The position numbers and the translations under genes are program-made. Positions 38,973 to 47,544 of a stretch of DNA of 64,000 nucleotides are shown one piece after another (position 1 is the stretch's first letter; every line of letters starts with the position of its first letter). The stretch spans positions 15,550 to 79,549 of the forward strand of contig JBMORT010000002.1 of the NCBI GenBank assembly GCA_049319825.1, given 5' to 3'. The stretch comes from Patescibacteria group bacterium (GTDB lineage: Bacteria; Patescibacteriota; Patescibacteriia; UBA11705; DATKZF01). The notes beneath the pieces were generated by a model. That model was not told the origin of the DNA, searched no databases, and worked only from the letters and a program-made list of their open reading frames with translations.

Positions 38973-39494
38973 TTATTTATAAACTTTCACAAATTTACTG
39001 CCTGTTTTCCAATGTGATAATTTTGTTTTAGATCCTTTTTTCCAATACCCGGGCAATACTTTCCCTGTCCAGGGACCCATATAAATCGCAAAATGAAGAT
39101 GGGCTTCCTTCCACCAGCCATTCTGAGGCGTGCTTGCTTTTCCCACTGTGCCAATTTTTTGCCCGGCTTTCACTCTGTCTCCCTTTTTTACCAAGCGATT
39201 TTGCAAATGCGCGCAGAGAGAATAAAAAGCTTTTTTCGTTTTCGGGTTTTTGTGGGCAATAATAATGATATTGCCCCAATTTCCTTTTTCTTTGCTACCC
39301 GGATGAAGCGCAGAATAAACAACCTTGCCCCGGCCAATGCTTTTTACAGCCGTACCGGCTTTTATATTGATATCTTCGCCTAAATGAATTCCCCAATAAA
39401 CCTTGTCATAAGTGCACTTCTGGCCGAATTTATAACTATTAACTTTATATTTTTCAAGCGGCAATATTAATTTTGGTGTATATGGATAGGCCAT
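38973..39494 (-). CDS. M23 family metallopeptidase
   Basis: HLGEDI...AGTAV and HLHFAIY motifs (HxxxD and HxH of the LytM/M23 fold). There is a 1-nt gap to the downstream gene. Confidence 0.6.
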   Translation of the reverse strand: MAYPYTPKLILPLEKYKVNSYKFGQKCTYDKVYWGIHLGEDINIKAGTAVKSIGRGKVVYSALHPGSKEKGNWGNIIIIAHKNPKTKKAFYSLCAHLQNRLVKKGDRVKAGQKIGTVGKASTPQNGWWKEAHLHFAIYMGPWTGKVLPGYWKKGSKTKLSHWKTGSKFVKVYK

Positions 39495-39539
39495 AAGGTT
39501 AAAATGCTTTCTTTAGATTTTTCGACTCCGCTCGAAATG

Positions 39540-39660
39540 ACAACGATGCTTGAGCCGCCCAGCCCGGACTGTCATCTCGACCGGAGTCGTCCGAAGCTTT
39601 AACTGCCTGGCCCAAATTGTCATCTCGACCGGAGTCGTCCGTAGCTTTAGCGAAGGACGA
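39540..39660. repeat. tandem GC-rich hairpin repeat (GTCATCTCGACCGGAGTCGTCCG x2)
   Basis: tgtcatctcgaccggagtcgtccg[a/t]agcttta occurs at 39567 and 39617. A related gtcatYtcgacc motif appears at 36789 and 36916. Confidence 0.7.
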
Positions 39661-39729
39661 CGGAGTGGAGAGATCTTTTTAAACTGGCCGGGCAAATTAG
39701 CCGATGTTCCATGATCCATGTTACATGCT

Positions 39730-41151
39730 TCATGACTTGAGCGACATCAACTCCCTCACCGTCTCCTTTTTCACCGCCTTAAACAGTATCAGCAGGCCAA
39801 AGTATATTACCATGGCAATCAACATCAGCAAAATTACATTTAAGCTTCTCAATAAATATAAAACTCCCGCCATTATAGCTGCGGCAGACAAAGCTCTCAA
39901 AAATATATTAAGCGAGGGGAAAAATTTCACTGTTCTGCTGACAATAATCGAAGTGATAATGGCAATCAAAAGCTCTGACAGCACTGTTAAAATCGCGGCT
40001 GCCCAATACCCGTATATCGGAATGAAAATCACGTATAAAATTAAAGAAACAATGGCCACGCTCAGATAGCCCCAAATCATCTGCTTTTGCTTATTCACTC
40101 CGACGATCAGATAGCCGAAAAGAACTCCCATGAAAATCGCCGCCACTGCCCAGATTAAAATTATTAAAATGTCTCCGGAAGCGGCGAACTCCTGGCCGGC
40201 GATCAATATCATCAGCTTTCCGCCGATAACTGAAGTCCCTAAAACTATCGGCAGGGCCACGATAACCATGGCGTCAAACGCCTTTTGCATCAGGCTCCGC
40301 AGCTCATACCAGTTTTTCTGCACGAAATAGGTGGTAAAAACGGGCAGCACCAGGCCCATGAAAAGCGACGGCAACATTGTTAAAATATCAACCACCCGAT
40401 ATGACGCGCCGTATAAACCGACGTCCGCTTCGGGCCTGACCAGGGATAAAATTATTGTGTCTGTTTTTAAATATAATAAATTGCAGGAAATGGAAATGGC
40501 GATCGGCCAGCTTTTCCTAAAAATGGCCAGCCAGTATTTCATATCAAAAGCAAATTTGAATTTTACATATTTCCGAGCAGCCAGATACGAAATGACCATG
40601 TGAGTAAAACTGCCCAAAGTGATCATTAGAAAAATAAAATAAATGCTCAGTTGAAAATACATGGCCAGGGCAATGCCTGCTAAAAGGACGATCCGGCCGG
40701 CCACTTCGGCGATCGAGTAAATGAACATTTTAATTTCCTTTTGAAAAACACTGGCCAAAATATTATTAATGGAAATAAAGAAAAACGACCAGGTGACAAT
40801 CAACACGCCGAGTTTAACTTCGATCGCATAAGGGAAAAACCACACAACCAGCGGGGCCAATCCCATGAAAACAAATGATGACAAAATTCTGATAGTCATC
40901 ATGTTGCTTAAAAATTTATTGATATCAATATCCGGTTTGCCCACGGTCCTGGTGGCGGTTAAAGAAAGGCCGAAGTCAACAATTATTCCAAAAAACGACA
41001 GGAAGGCGGTGACTGTAATATATTGGCCAAATCCATTTTTGCCCAAATATCTGGTCATCAATGCCACGACAAAAATACCCAATATGGTAGTGGCGACTTT
41101 GCCGATGTATTGGATGATGGTGTTGTGAGCTATTTTTTTTGTAAGTGACAT
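39730..41151 (-). CDS. polysaccharide biosynthesis protein / oligosaccharide flippase (Wzx/MOP superfamily)
   Basis: 473 aa, about 14 TM helices. N-terminus KIAHNTIIQYIGKVATTILGIFVVALMTRYLGKNGFGQY is typical of the Polysacc_synt family. Confidence 0.75.
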   Translation of the reverse strand: MSLTKKIAHNTIIQYIGKVATTILGIFVVALMTRYLGKNGFGQYITVTAFLSFFGIIVDFGLSLTATRTVGKPDIDINKFLSNMMTIRILSSFVFMGLAPLVVWFFPYAIEVKLGVLIVTWSFFFISINNILASVFQKEIKMFIYSIAEVAGRIVLLAGIALAMYFQLSIYFIFLMITLGSFTHMVISYLAARKYVKFKFAFDMKYWLAIFRKSWPIAISISCNLLYLKTDTIILSLVRPEADVGLYGASYRVVDILTMLPSLFMGLVLPVFTTYFVQKNWYELRSLMQKAFDAMVIVALPIVLGTSVIGGKLMILIAGQEFAASGDILIILIWAVAAIFMGVLFGYLIVGVNKQKQMIWGYLSVAIVSLILYVIFIPIYGYWAAAILTVLSELLIAIITSIIVSRTVKFFPSLNIFLRALSAAAIMAGVLYLLRSLNVILLMLIAMVIYFGLLILFKAVKKETVRELMSLKS

Positions 41152-41199
41152 ATGATTCTACGAGATTACATGATGAGCATACAAGATATTACCAGATAA

Positions 41200-41600
41200 C
41201 TATTCTGGCTTCTTTTGATAATTCGGGTCATTAACAACTCGCCTGATAAAAACTTCTTCTTTATTAAATAAACCAATCAAACCCAGTCGTAAATCAGTCG
41301 CCAGAAGATATTCGTATAACTGATCAAAATGCTTTTTAGTTATTTTTTTCCCGACCTTCAACTCTACAAACATTTTATTTTCGATTAAAAAATCTGTTCT
41401 TCTTTTTATTGGATATTTCCCTTTGTGTAATAAATATATTAAATATTGCCTTTCAACTTTTATTCCTTTCTCAATCATCATTTGATAAGCAATGTCTTCG
41501 TAATATCTTTCCCTATATCCAAAATCGTTTTCATTATAAACCTAAAAAAATATTCCAATTACTTGTTCAGTTAATTCCTCATAATAAAACTCGGTCATAA
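41200..41600 (-). pseudogene. GxxExxY family protein gene interrupted by in-frame TAG
   Basis: Frame from ATG 41600 reads MTEFYYEELTEQVIGIFF-TAG-VYNENDFGYRERYYEDIAYQMMIEKGIKVERQ... It contains the GYRERYYE (GxxExxY) motif. The TAG at about 41543..41545 splits the gene. The track shows only the C-terminal 93 aa (41200..41481). Confidence 0.6.
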
Positions 41601-41685
41601 TTTGAAAATGATAATTTTATCATCTTGTACAATCTCGTATCTTGATCTTGTCACAAAGTGACCACTTCGTGGTAATCTAGTAGAC

Positions 41686-41946
41686 TCACTTAACAGGATC
41701 GTTCCCTCCCTTCGACCACGGATTACACCTCATTATCCGCCAAACTCCTTTGGCTCCGCCTTTGATCAAGCCGTATTTGGAAATGGCTTCATAAGTGTAT
41801 TGGGAACAGGTGGGATTATAGCGACAAAAACCTCCGGGGAAAAGGCCTTTGAGCGGGCCATGGTCAAATGAAAGAGTCTTTTGATAAATCTTTATCAATT
41901 TTAAAATAAAAATTTTGGGATAATCCAATATTATTCTCGCGCTCAT
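41686..41946 (-). CDS. yidD: membrane protein insertion efficiency factor YidD
   Basis: [48 protein letters not shown] is the YidD/haemolytic-domain signature. Confidence 0.8.
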   Translation of the reverse strand: MSARIILDYPKIFILKLIKIYQKTLSFDHGPLKGLFPGGFCRYNPTCSQYTYEAISKYGLIKGGAKGVWRIMRCNPWSKGGNDPVK

Positions 41947-41947
41947 A

Positions 41948-42307
41948 TTATTCGAGCATTCTCATTCTCTTTAATAAATATTCGACCTGTCGATCCAAAT
42001 CCTGATAATCTTTATCGACAATTCCTTTCTGGGCAATAAAGAGCAGGTCAAAGCCGGGCTTAATCTTTTTCAGGCGCAGCCTAATTATTTCACGCAGCCG
42101 GCGCTTAATTAAATTTCTTTTAGTGGCTCGCTTATCAACTTTTGTGGAAATCACAAAAGCAAACCGGCTGATATCGGAATTGTTTCGCAAACTTTTAACT
42201 ATTACATTGTCGCTATTGGCCGAATAACCCCGATTTTTTCTAAAAGCCGGACCGAAGAATTTGTCAAAATCCCGCTTCTGGGTTATGCGGTGGAGTTTTT
42301 TTAGCAT
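41948..42307 (-). CDS. rnpA: ribonuclease P protein component
   Basis: Basic protein with RnpA motif [26 protein letters not shown]. Sits immediately downstream of rpmH. Confidence 0.8.
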   Translation of the reverse strand: MLKKLHRITQKRDFDKFFGPAFRKNRGYSANSDNVIVKSLRNNSDISRFAFVISTKVDKRATKRNLIKRRLREIIRLRLKKIKPGFDLLFIAQKGIVDKDYQDLDRQVEYLLKRMRMLE

Positions 42308-42477
42308 ATTTGAAAGGAGGCTTAAGGGGGCATTAGAAGGCTTTAGGTGTATAGAAGTAAATGGGTAAAGAAGGCAATTTAAATCTTTTATTTCGCCCTC
42401 TCGACCCCTGTCAGCCTTCTTAAGCCTTTTTGAGCCTTCTTAATATTATATTAAACCATATCCGCGAAAAGAAAAAG

Positions 42478-42500
42478 GCCACTTTCGTGGTCTCTTTTAA
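42478..42500 (-). terminator. attenuator/terminator hairpin between rpmH and rnpA
   Basis: On the minus strand, GACCACgaaaGTGGCC followed by a T-run. Confidence 0.35.
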
Positions 42501-42526
42501 ACTGATATCTTTTTTCTGGTTCTTTT

Positions 42527-42664
42527 TTAAACGGATAACTTTTTCCTTCCCCGAGTTCTCCTTCTCTTTAGCACCTTTTTTCCATTTTTGGTGCTCATTC
42601 TCTTTCTAAATCCATGAGTTCGGCTTCTTTTTCTCTTCTTTGGCTGATATGTTCTTTTGGGCAT
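42527..42664 (-). CDS. rpmH: 50S ribosomal protein L34
   Basis: 45-aa ORF below the track cutoff: [45 protein letters not shown], the canonical L34 sequence. Confidence 0.8.
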   Translation of the reverse strand: MPKRTYQPKKRKRSRTHGFRKRMSTKNGKKVLKRRRTRGRKKLSV

Positions 42665-42839
42665 ATGTTTTTCAAAATATTTAATTATAGAATTACTCTA
42701 CCAAAAGCCGGGGGATTTGTCAATGAGTTGGGCGTAAAGCATGAAGCATGGAAAATGAAACAAGCGATACTAATATTAAAACCTAAATCGTATCCGGGGC
42801 ATCCGGGGTATCTGGATTAGACATACGTAGAATCCGGAT

Positions 42840-43147
42840 TATAAATTTCGTAGTATTAATAAACAGCCGCAGTTTCCTCATTAAAAAGTCATCTGTACAA
42901 TCTGTACGCTCATCTGTAATCTTGTATACTCAAATCCGTAACCATTGCAATATTTATTATTTTCTATACAATGAATTTGAGATATTCACATCCAATCCAC
43001 ATGTTAACAACCAAATTCGCTGGTGAAAAAATTTTATCCACAAAAGAATTATGATATAATGATCTCGACAAAAATTTCCCTATATTTCCACCCTCTTTTA
43101 TCATTACATTAAAAAAATAAAAATAAATAATTCCTCACTTTTCCCCT
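42840..43147. promoter_or_regulatory. candidate oriC segment / dnaA promoter region with DnaA-box cluster
   Basis: Perfect DnaA box TTATCCACA at 43032..43040. Near-boxes ATATTCACA (42982) and CAATCCACA (42993). Four (A)TCTGTA repeats at 42895..42935. AT-rich. Lies between divergent rpmH and dnaA. Confidence 0.5.
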
Positions 43148-44545
43148 ATGACCCACACCAATGAGCAGCTTTGGCAAGCTGTACTCGGAGAATTAGAGCT
43201 CACTTTAAGCAAGGCCAGCTTTACCACTTGGTTTAAGAATACTTTTATTATAGATAATCAAAATGGAAAAGTTATCGTCGGCGTACCCAATACTTTTTCC
43301 CAAGCTTGGCTCAGACAAAAATATCACAATGAAATTTTTAAAAGCATTCAGGACATTACCGGTCAACGAATTAAAGAAATAATTTATAAAGTTCAAAATA
43401 AAAAAGATTTTAAACCGGTTGAGAATGTACCGATTCAAATAGTCCAGCCAACTCCAGCCCCGCAAACAAATGCTGCTTTCCAAGCGCATCAAACCGTTTC
43501 ATCCGAAATGCGCGGCGGGTATCAAAATCTGAACCAGGGTTACGTCTTTAATACTTTTATTGTCGGAAAAAACAATGAATTGGCTCATGCCGCATCAAAG
43601 GCCGTGTCCGAAAATCCGGGGTTTACTTATAATCCCCTTTTTATTTATGGCGGAGTTGGATTGGGGAAAACTCACTTGCTTCAAGCGATCGGCAACAGCA
43701 TTCTATCCTCAAATTCCGAAAAAAAGATACTCTATGTTACTTGCGAGCAATTCACCAATGACTTCATTAATTCCATTTCCGGAGGAATGACTGAAAAATT
43801 TCAAAATTTTTACAGAAATACCGATGTTTTATTGATAGATGATATTCAATTTTTAACTGGAAAAGAAGGGACCCAAGAAGCTTTTTTCCATACCTTTAAT
43901 GACTTGCACCAAAGAAACAAACAAATAGTGATCACCAGTGATCGTCCGCCAAAAGCTATCGCCACGCTGGAAGACAGACTACTATCCAGATTCGAATGGG
44001 GAATGATCGCAGATATTTCTTTGCCTGATATTGAAACCAGAACAGCCATTTTGGAAAAGAAATGTCAGGAAAAGAATTGCAGCTTGGAGAAAGAAGTGAT
44101 CGAGTATATCACTCAAAACATTCAAAACAACGTTCGAGAATTGGAAGGGGCGCTAAATAAAATTATCGCCTATCACCAACTCAATAATTCAAAGCCTTCA
44201 ATCGATAACATTAAAAAAATATTATTTTCACTCAGTAATGCGGGAGCTCAAAAAAATGCCATCACCACAAAGCTGGTTATTGAAACCGTCGGAAAATTTT
44301 ACGGAATCGGAACCGAGGATGTGGTTGGCAAATGCCGACAAAAAAGACTGGCTTTTCCCAGACAAATAATTATGTATTTGATGAGAGAAGAATTAAGGTC
44401 TTCGTATCCGTCAATCGGTCAAGAATTGGGAGGCAGGGATCATACGACGGCCATGCACGCTTATTCAAAGATACGCGAACTCTTGGAAAACGATGAAAAA
44501 CTACGTCAAGAAATAAACTTAATAAAACAATTGCTGTATCAATAA
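43148..44545 (+). CDS. dnaA: chromosomal replication initiator protein DnaA
   Basis: N-terminal LWQAVLGELE, AAA+ Walker A GGVGLGKTHLL, Walker B LLIDDIQF, C-terminal DNA-binding signature. Confidence 0.95.
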   Translation: MTHTNEQLWQAVLGELELTLSKASFTTWFKNTFIIDNQNGKVIVGVPNTFSQAWLRQKYHNEIFKSIQDITGQRIKEIIYKVQNKKDFKPVENVPIQIVQPTPAPQTNAAFQAHQTVSSEMRGGYQNLNQGYVFNTFIVGKNNELAHAASKAVSENPGFTYNPLFIYGGVGLGKTHLLQAIGNSILSSNSEKKILYVTCEQFTNDFINSISGGMTEKFQNFYRNTDVLLIDDIQFLTGKEGTQEAFFHTFNDLHQRNKQIVITSDRPPKAIATLEDRLLSRFEWGMIADISLPDIETRTAILEKKCQEKNCSLEKEVIEYITQNIQNNVRELEGALNKIIAYHQLNNSKPSIDNIKKILFSLSNAGAQKNAITTKLVIETVGKFYGIGTEDVVGKCRQKRLAFPRQIIMYLMREELRSSYPSIGQELGGRDHTTAMHAYSKIRELLENDEKLRQEINLIKQLLYQ

Positions 44546-44823
44546 ACTGTTGGTAAGTGGCATAATGACTTGTGAAAATATTGAGTGGAACAGATAAAAA
44601 AACGTGTATAATTTCGATGAAAAATAAATTGATATAAAATTGGTATTTTAATGCACCGCTTCCCTCACATTATTCACTCATTCAAAGCACCGCTTATTAA
44701 CAATCGTTTTTTTTCAAACAGGTTATAAAATAAAGATCAAAAACATTTTTCCACATAATCCACATCTATATTATTAATTATTATTAAATTTTTTAAATAT
44801 ATATTTTAAATAAATTAGAAAAT
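44546..44823. promoter_or_regulatory. dnaA-dnaN intergenic region with DnaA-box-like repeats and AT-rich unwinding-element candidate
   Basis: TTTTCCACA and AATCCACAT at about 44749..44768, TTATTCACT at about 44690, then a tract of more than 50 nt that is over 90% A+T. Confidence 0.45.
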
Positions 44824-45954
44824 ATGAAATTCATCTGCACGCAAGAAAATTTGAACAAAGGATTATTCATCACCGGACATTTATCAAACAAAAACGTTAA
44901 TCTGCCAATTTTAAATAATGTCCTGATGAAAGTGCAGGAGGGAATATTGATATTATCTTCAACCAATTTGGAAATCGGGATCAGTTGCCAAGTGCGAGGA
45001 AAAGTTGACACGGCAGGAGAATTTACCGTCGAATCCAAATTATTTTCAGACTTTGTTAATTTATTGCCCAATGAAAAAGTTGAGCTTCATTTGGAAAAAG
45101 ACGATTTTCTAAAGGTCAGCACGGCTAACACCAAAACTAAAATCAAGGGCATGCCCTCCACCGATTTTCCGGTGATACCGCAGATTGAAAAAAAAGATCC
45201 GTACATTATAAACATCAAGGATTTACAAAAAGCCATTTCTCAGGTTATTTTTGCCGTTTCCACGAATGAGTCGCGTCCGGAAATAAATGGAATTTTTTTG
45301 AGTTTTAATCAGGAAACGGGAAAATTAACTTTGGCGGCCACTGATTCATATCGCTTGGCCGAGAAGAAAATAGAGATTGCCGGCAATAAGAATAAAAGCG
45401 AACTGATCGTGCCGCTGAAAACATTCCAGGAGCTTTTGAGAATATTGACCGTGATCAAAGACGAGCCGGAAGCATCTGAAAACATTGAGGTTTATTTGTC
45501 TGAAAATCAAATTTTATTTTCCATTAATAGCAGTATTGAAATAATTTCCAGAACATCAGAAGGACAATATCCTGATTATAAACAGATTATCCCCAATCAA
45601 AATAAAACCAAGATTACGCTGGAAACCCCGCGATTATTAAAAACAATTAAGACCACCAGTTTATTTTCCAAAACAGGGATATTTGATATAAATTTGGAAT
45701 TTTTGGATGATAAAAAAAGCTTGGTAGTGTCTTCCATGAACAATCAGCTGGGTGAGAGCGTTTCAGAAATTGAAGTTGACTTTCATGGAGAGAAAAATCA
45801 GACCGTTATTAATTATCGTTACTTACTGGATGGCTTAAACAATCTGGATAGCGAGCGGGTGTCTCTCGAATTAATCGACGGCAACGTGCCGCTGGTGATC
45901 AAGCCGGCCGAGGATACGAGTTATTTGTATATTGTGATGCCGATTAAGCAGTAG
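44824..45954 (+). CDS. dnaN: DNA polymerase III subunit beta
   Basis: MKFICTQENLNKGL start, 376 aa, three-domain sliding-clamp pattern. Directly downstream of dnaA. Confidence 0.9.
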   Translation: MKFICTQENLNKGLFITGHLSNKNVNLPILNNVLMKVQEGILILSSTNLEIGISCQVRGKVDTAGEFTVESKLFSDFVNLLPNEKVELHLEKDDFLKVSTANTKTKIKGMPSTDFPVIPQIEKKDPYIINIKDLQKAISQVIFAVSTNESRPEINGIFLSFNQETGKLTLAATDSYRLAEKKIEIAGNKNKSELIVPLKTFQELLRILTVIKDEPEASENIEVYLSENQILFSINSSIEIISRTSEGQYPDYKQIIPNQNKTKITLETPRLLKTIKTTSLFSKTGIFDINLEFLDDKKSLVVSSMNNQLGESVSEIEVDFHGEKNQTVINYRYLLDGLNNLDSERVSLELIDGNVPLVIKPAEDTSYLYIVMPIKQ

Positions 45955-45956
45955 GG

Positions 45957-46110
45957 ATTGAGTCATGGATCATGGAGCATAGAACACGTAGCACATAGCA
46001 TGGAGCACATAGCAGAGATACGAGACACGAAATACGAATTCGTTTCTCGTTTTTCGTTTATCGTCTTTCGTTTTTCGCTTCTCGCCTCTCGCTTTTCTCC
46101 TCTCAACAAA
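45957..46110. repeat. heptamer-repeat hairpin element, copy A: (GAGAYAC)n arm then (TTTTTCG)n arm
   Basis: catggatcatggagcatagaacacgtagcacatagcatggagca, then gagatacgagacacgaaatacgaa, then ttcgtttctcgtttttcgtttatcgtctttcgtttttcgcttctcgcctctcg. Related copies lie at 49700..49800 and 50110..50345. Confidence 0.75.
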
Positions 46111-46126
46111 TTTTAAACATAAAAAC

Positions 46127-46165
46127 GCGCCTCGGTTTTTTACCTTGGCGCGGTTATTTTTTTAC
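46127..46165 (+). terminator. rho-independent terminator downstream of dnaN
   Basis: aaaaaCGCGCCtcggttttttaccttGGCGCGgttattttttt. Confidence 0.55.
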
Positions 46166-46174
46166 TGGCGTAGG

Positions 46175-47500
46175 CTATGCAGCCTTGGCCAGCTTCTTCT
46201 CCTCGGCCGTCAGAGCGTCGAAGAGGTATTCGGCGAATTTGGTCGCCGTCCGCCACAGAGCCATCTTGTGGATATGGCCGTCTCCGTAGCGCTGCTTGCC
46301 GTTAACCTTGATCGGCTCCGGATGGGCGGCCCGGAGCTTCACCTTGTACTCGCGGAGCTTTTGGCCCCAGACCGAGTCGGGCCGCTTGACGCACTGATCC
46401 ATGAACAGGTACAGCGCCTGTCGGCCGTCCGGATGCCAGTTGGCCACGAGGCCGCCACGACGCCGCGGGAACTGCTTTTCCGGCGGCACGTCAGTGAATT
46501 TTCCTCCAGCCAAGACATGCACCCCAAGGAACGCCTTCAGTTTTGCCTCGCTGGCAAATCTCCGAATGTCCTTGATGGCCACGATCAGCCGGGCGGCGAT
46601 CAGCGGCCCCATGCCTTCGACCGGCTCAAAGACGCGCTGGAAGATGTCGAGCGACTCGACCAGCCTCTTGAGCTCGGATTCTCTGGCCGATTCTTCTTTC
46701 GTGAGGGCCAGATAGACCGCGTCGTTGGCCTTCTCCTGATCGTAGAGGAGCTCGATCTCCCCTTCCGGGTACTTGCCATCGATGCTGCAAAAGATCCGGC
46801 CGATGAACAGCTGCCTGAGTCGCTGCTCGCACCCGATACGCGCCTTCATGGCGTCGATTCGGGCGCGGTAGGCCTCGACCAGCTCGATCAGCCGGCGGTC
46901 GCGCGGCGTCACTTCATAGAAGTCGGACGTATCCTCCCTGGTCAGCTCGGCCAAAGAGAGATCATCATCGTCCTTTCCGCGCTTGAAGTAATCCTCGCGC
47001 CAGCCCTTGAACTTGGCGGCGGGAATTCTCATCACGCGGCCGCCGATCTCGTCGGCGCGGCGGGACAGGGCGTACGCCAGCCGATCGCCGGATCCGCCGA
47101 GGATCATGGCGACCGTGTCGCCTTCGCGAAGGCCGTCGTAGTCGGTGGGGACCTCGAGGACGAACACGCCCTGCTTGGTCTCCTTGACCTGATGGTTTTC
47201 GGAAAGCGACGCGAGATCCGTGCCCTTTCGAACCTTTTTCCAGACCTTATGCCGGCTCATGAAGCCGGACAAATTCTCATCCTTTCCGGCCAGCCGCCAG
47301 CTGGTCGGGAATTTGCCCAGCACCCAGTCGAGCTCGGCCGTGTCGTCCGGCAGCTCGTAGCGAACGGGCTTTTTTCCGTCGAGGACGCAGACCTGAGTGG
47401 GTCTGGCCTCATCATCAGCTGTCCTTTTGACGCGATGACGAATACCGATGAATCTTTCCCGGCTGATTCTCATCATCCCCCTCCTCGTCCTTTCGGACAT
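46175..47500 (-). CDS. IS110-family-like recombinase/transposase (Transposase_20-like C-terminal domain)
   Basis: 441-aa ORF with balanced composition. C-terminal VEGMGPLIAARLIVAIKDIRRFASEAKLKAFLGV...RRRGG matches the IS110 Transposase_20 motif (iPGiGpitAa.llaeigd..rF.s...laay.Gl.P). KRGKDDDDLSLAEL resembles the KTDxxDA block. The N-terminal catalytic residues could not be assigned confidently. The overlapping plus-strand ORF 46145..47512 is an antisense artefact of high GC. Confidence 0.6.
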   Translation of the reverse strand: MSERTRRGMMRISRERFIGIRHRVKRTADDEARPTQVCVLDGKKPVRYELPDDTAELDWVLGKFPTSWRLAGKDENLSGFMSRHKVWKKVRKGTDLASLSENHQVKETKQGVFVLEVPTDYDGLREGDTVAMILGGSGDRLAYALSRRADEIGGRVMRIPAAKFKGWREDYFKRGKDDDDLSLAELTREDTSDFYEVTPRDRRLIELVEAYRARIDAMKARIGCEQRLRQLFIGRIFCSIDGKYPEGEIELLYDQEKANDAVYLALTKEESARESELKRLVESLDIFQRVFEPVEGMGPLIAARLIVAIKDIRRFASEAKLKAFLGVHVLAGGKFTDVPPEKQFPRRRGGLVANWHPDGRQALYLFMDQCVKRPDSVWGQKLREYKVKLRAAHPEPIKVNGKQRYGDGHIHKMALWRTATKFAEYLFDALTAEEKKLAKAA

Positions 47501-47544
47501 TTTTTGGGATAGAAGGAATTTCCTTCCCTTTAATGCTCAAATTA

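Noticed and set aside
46145-47512. 455-aa plus-strand ORF fully overlapping the IS110-like recombinase gene
   Set aside because: Antisense shadow ORF typical of high-GC DNA. Arg/Leu/Gly/Pro-dominated, no motifs. The minus-strand frame carries the Transposase_20-like motif.
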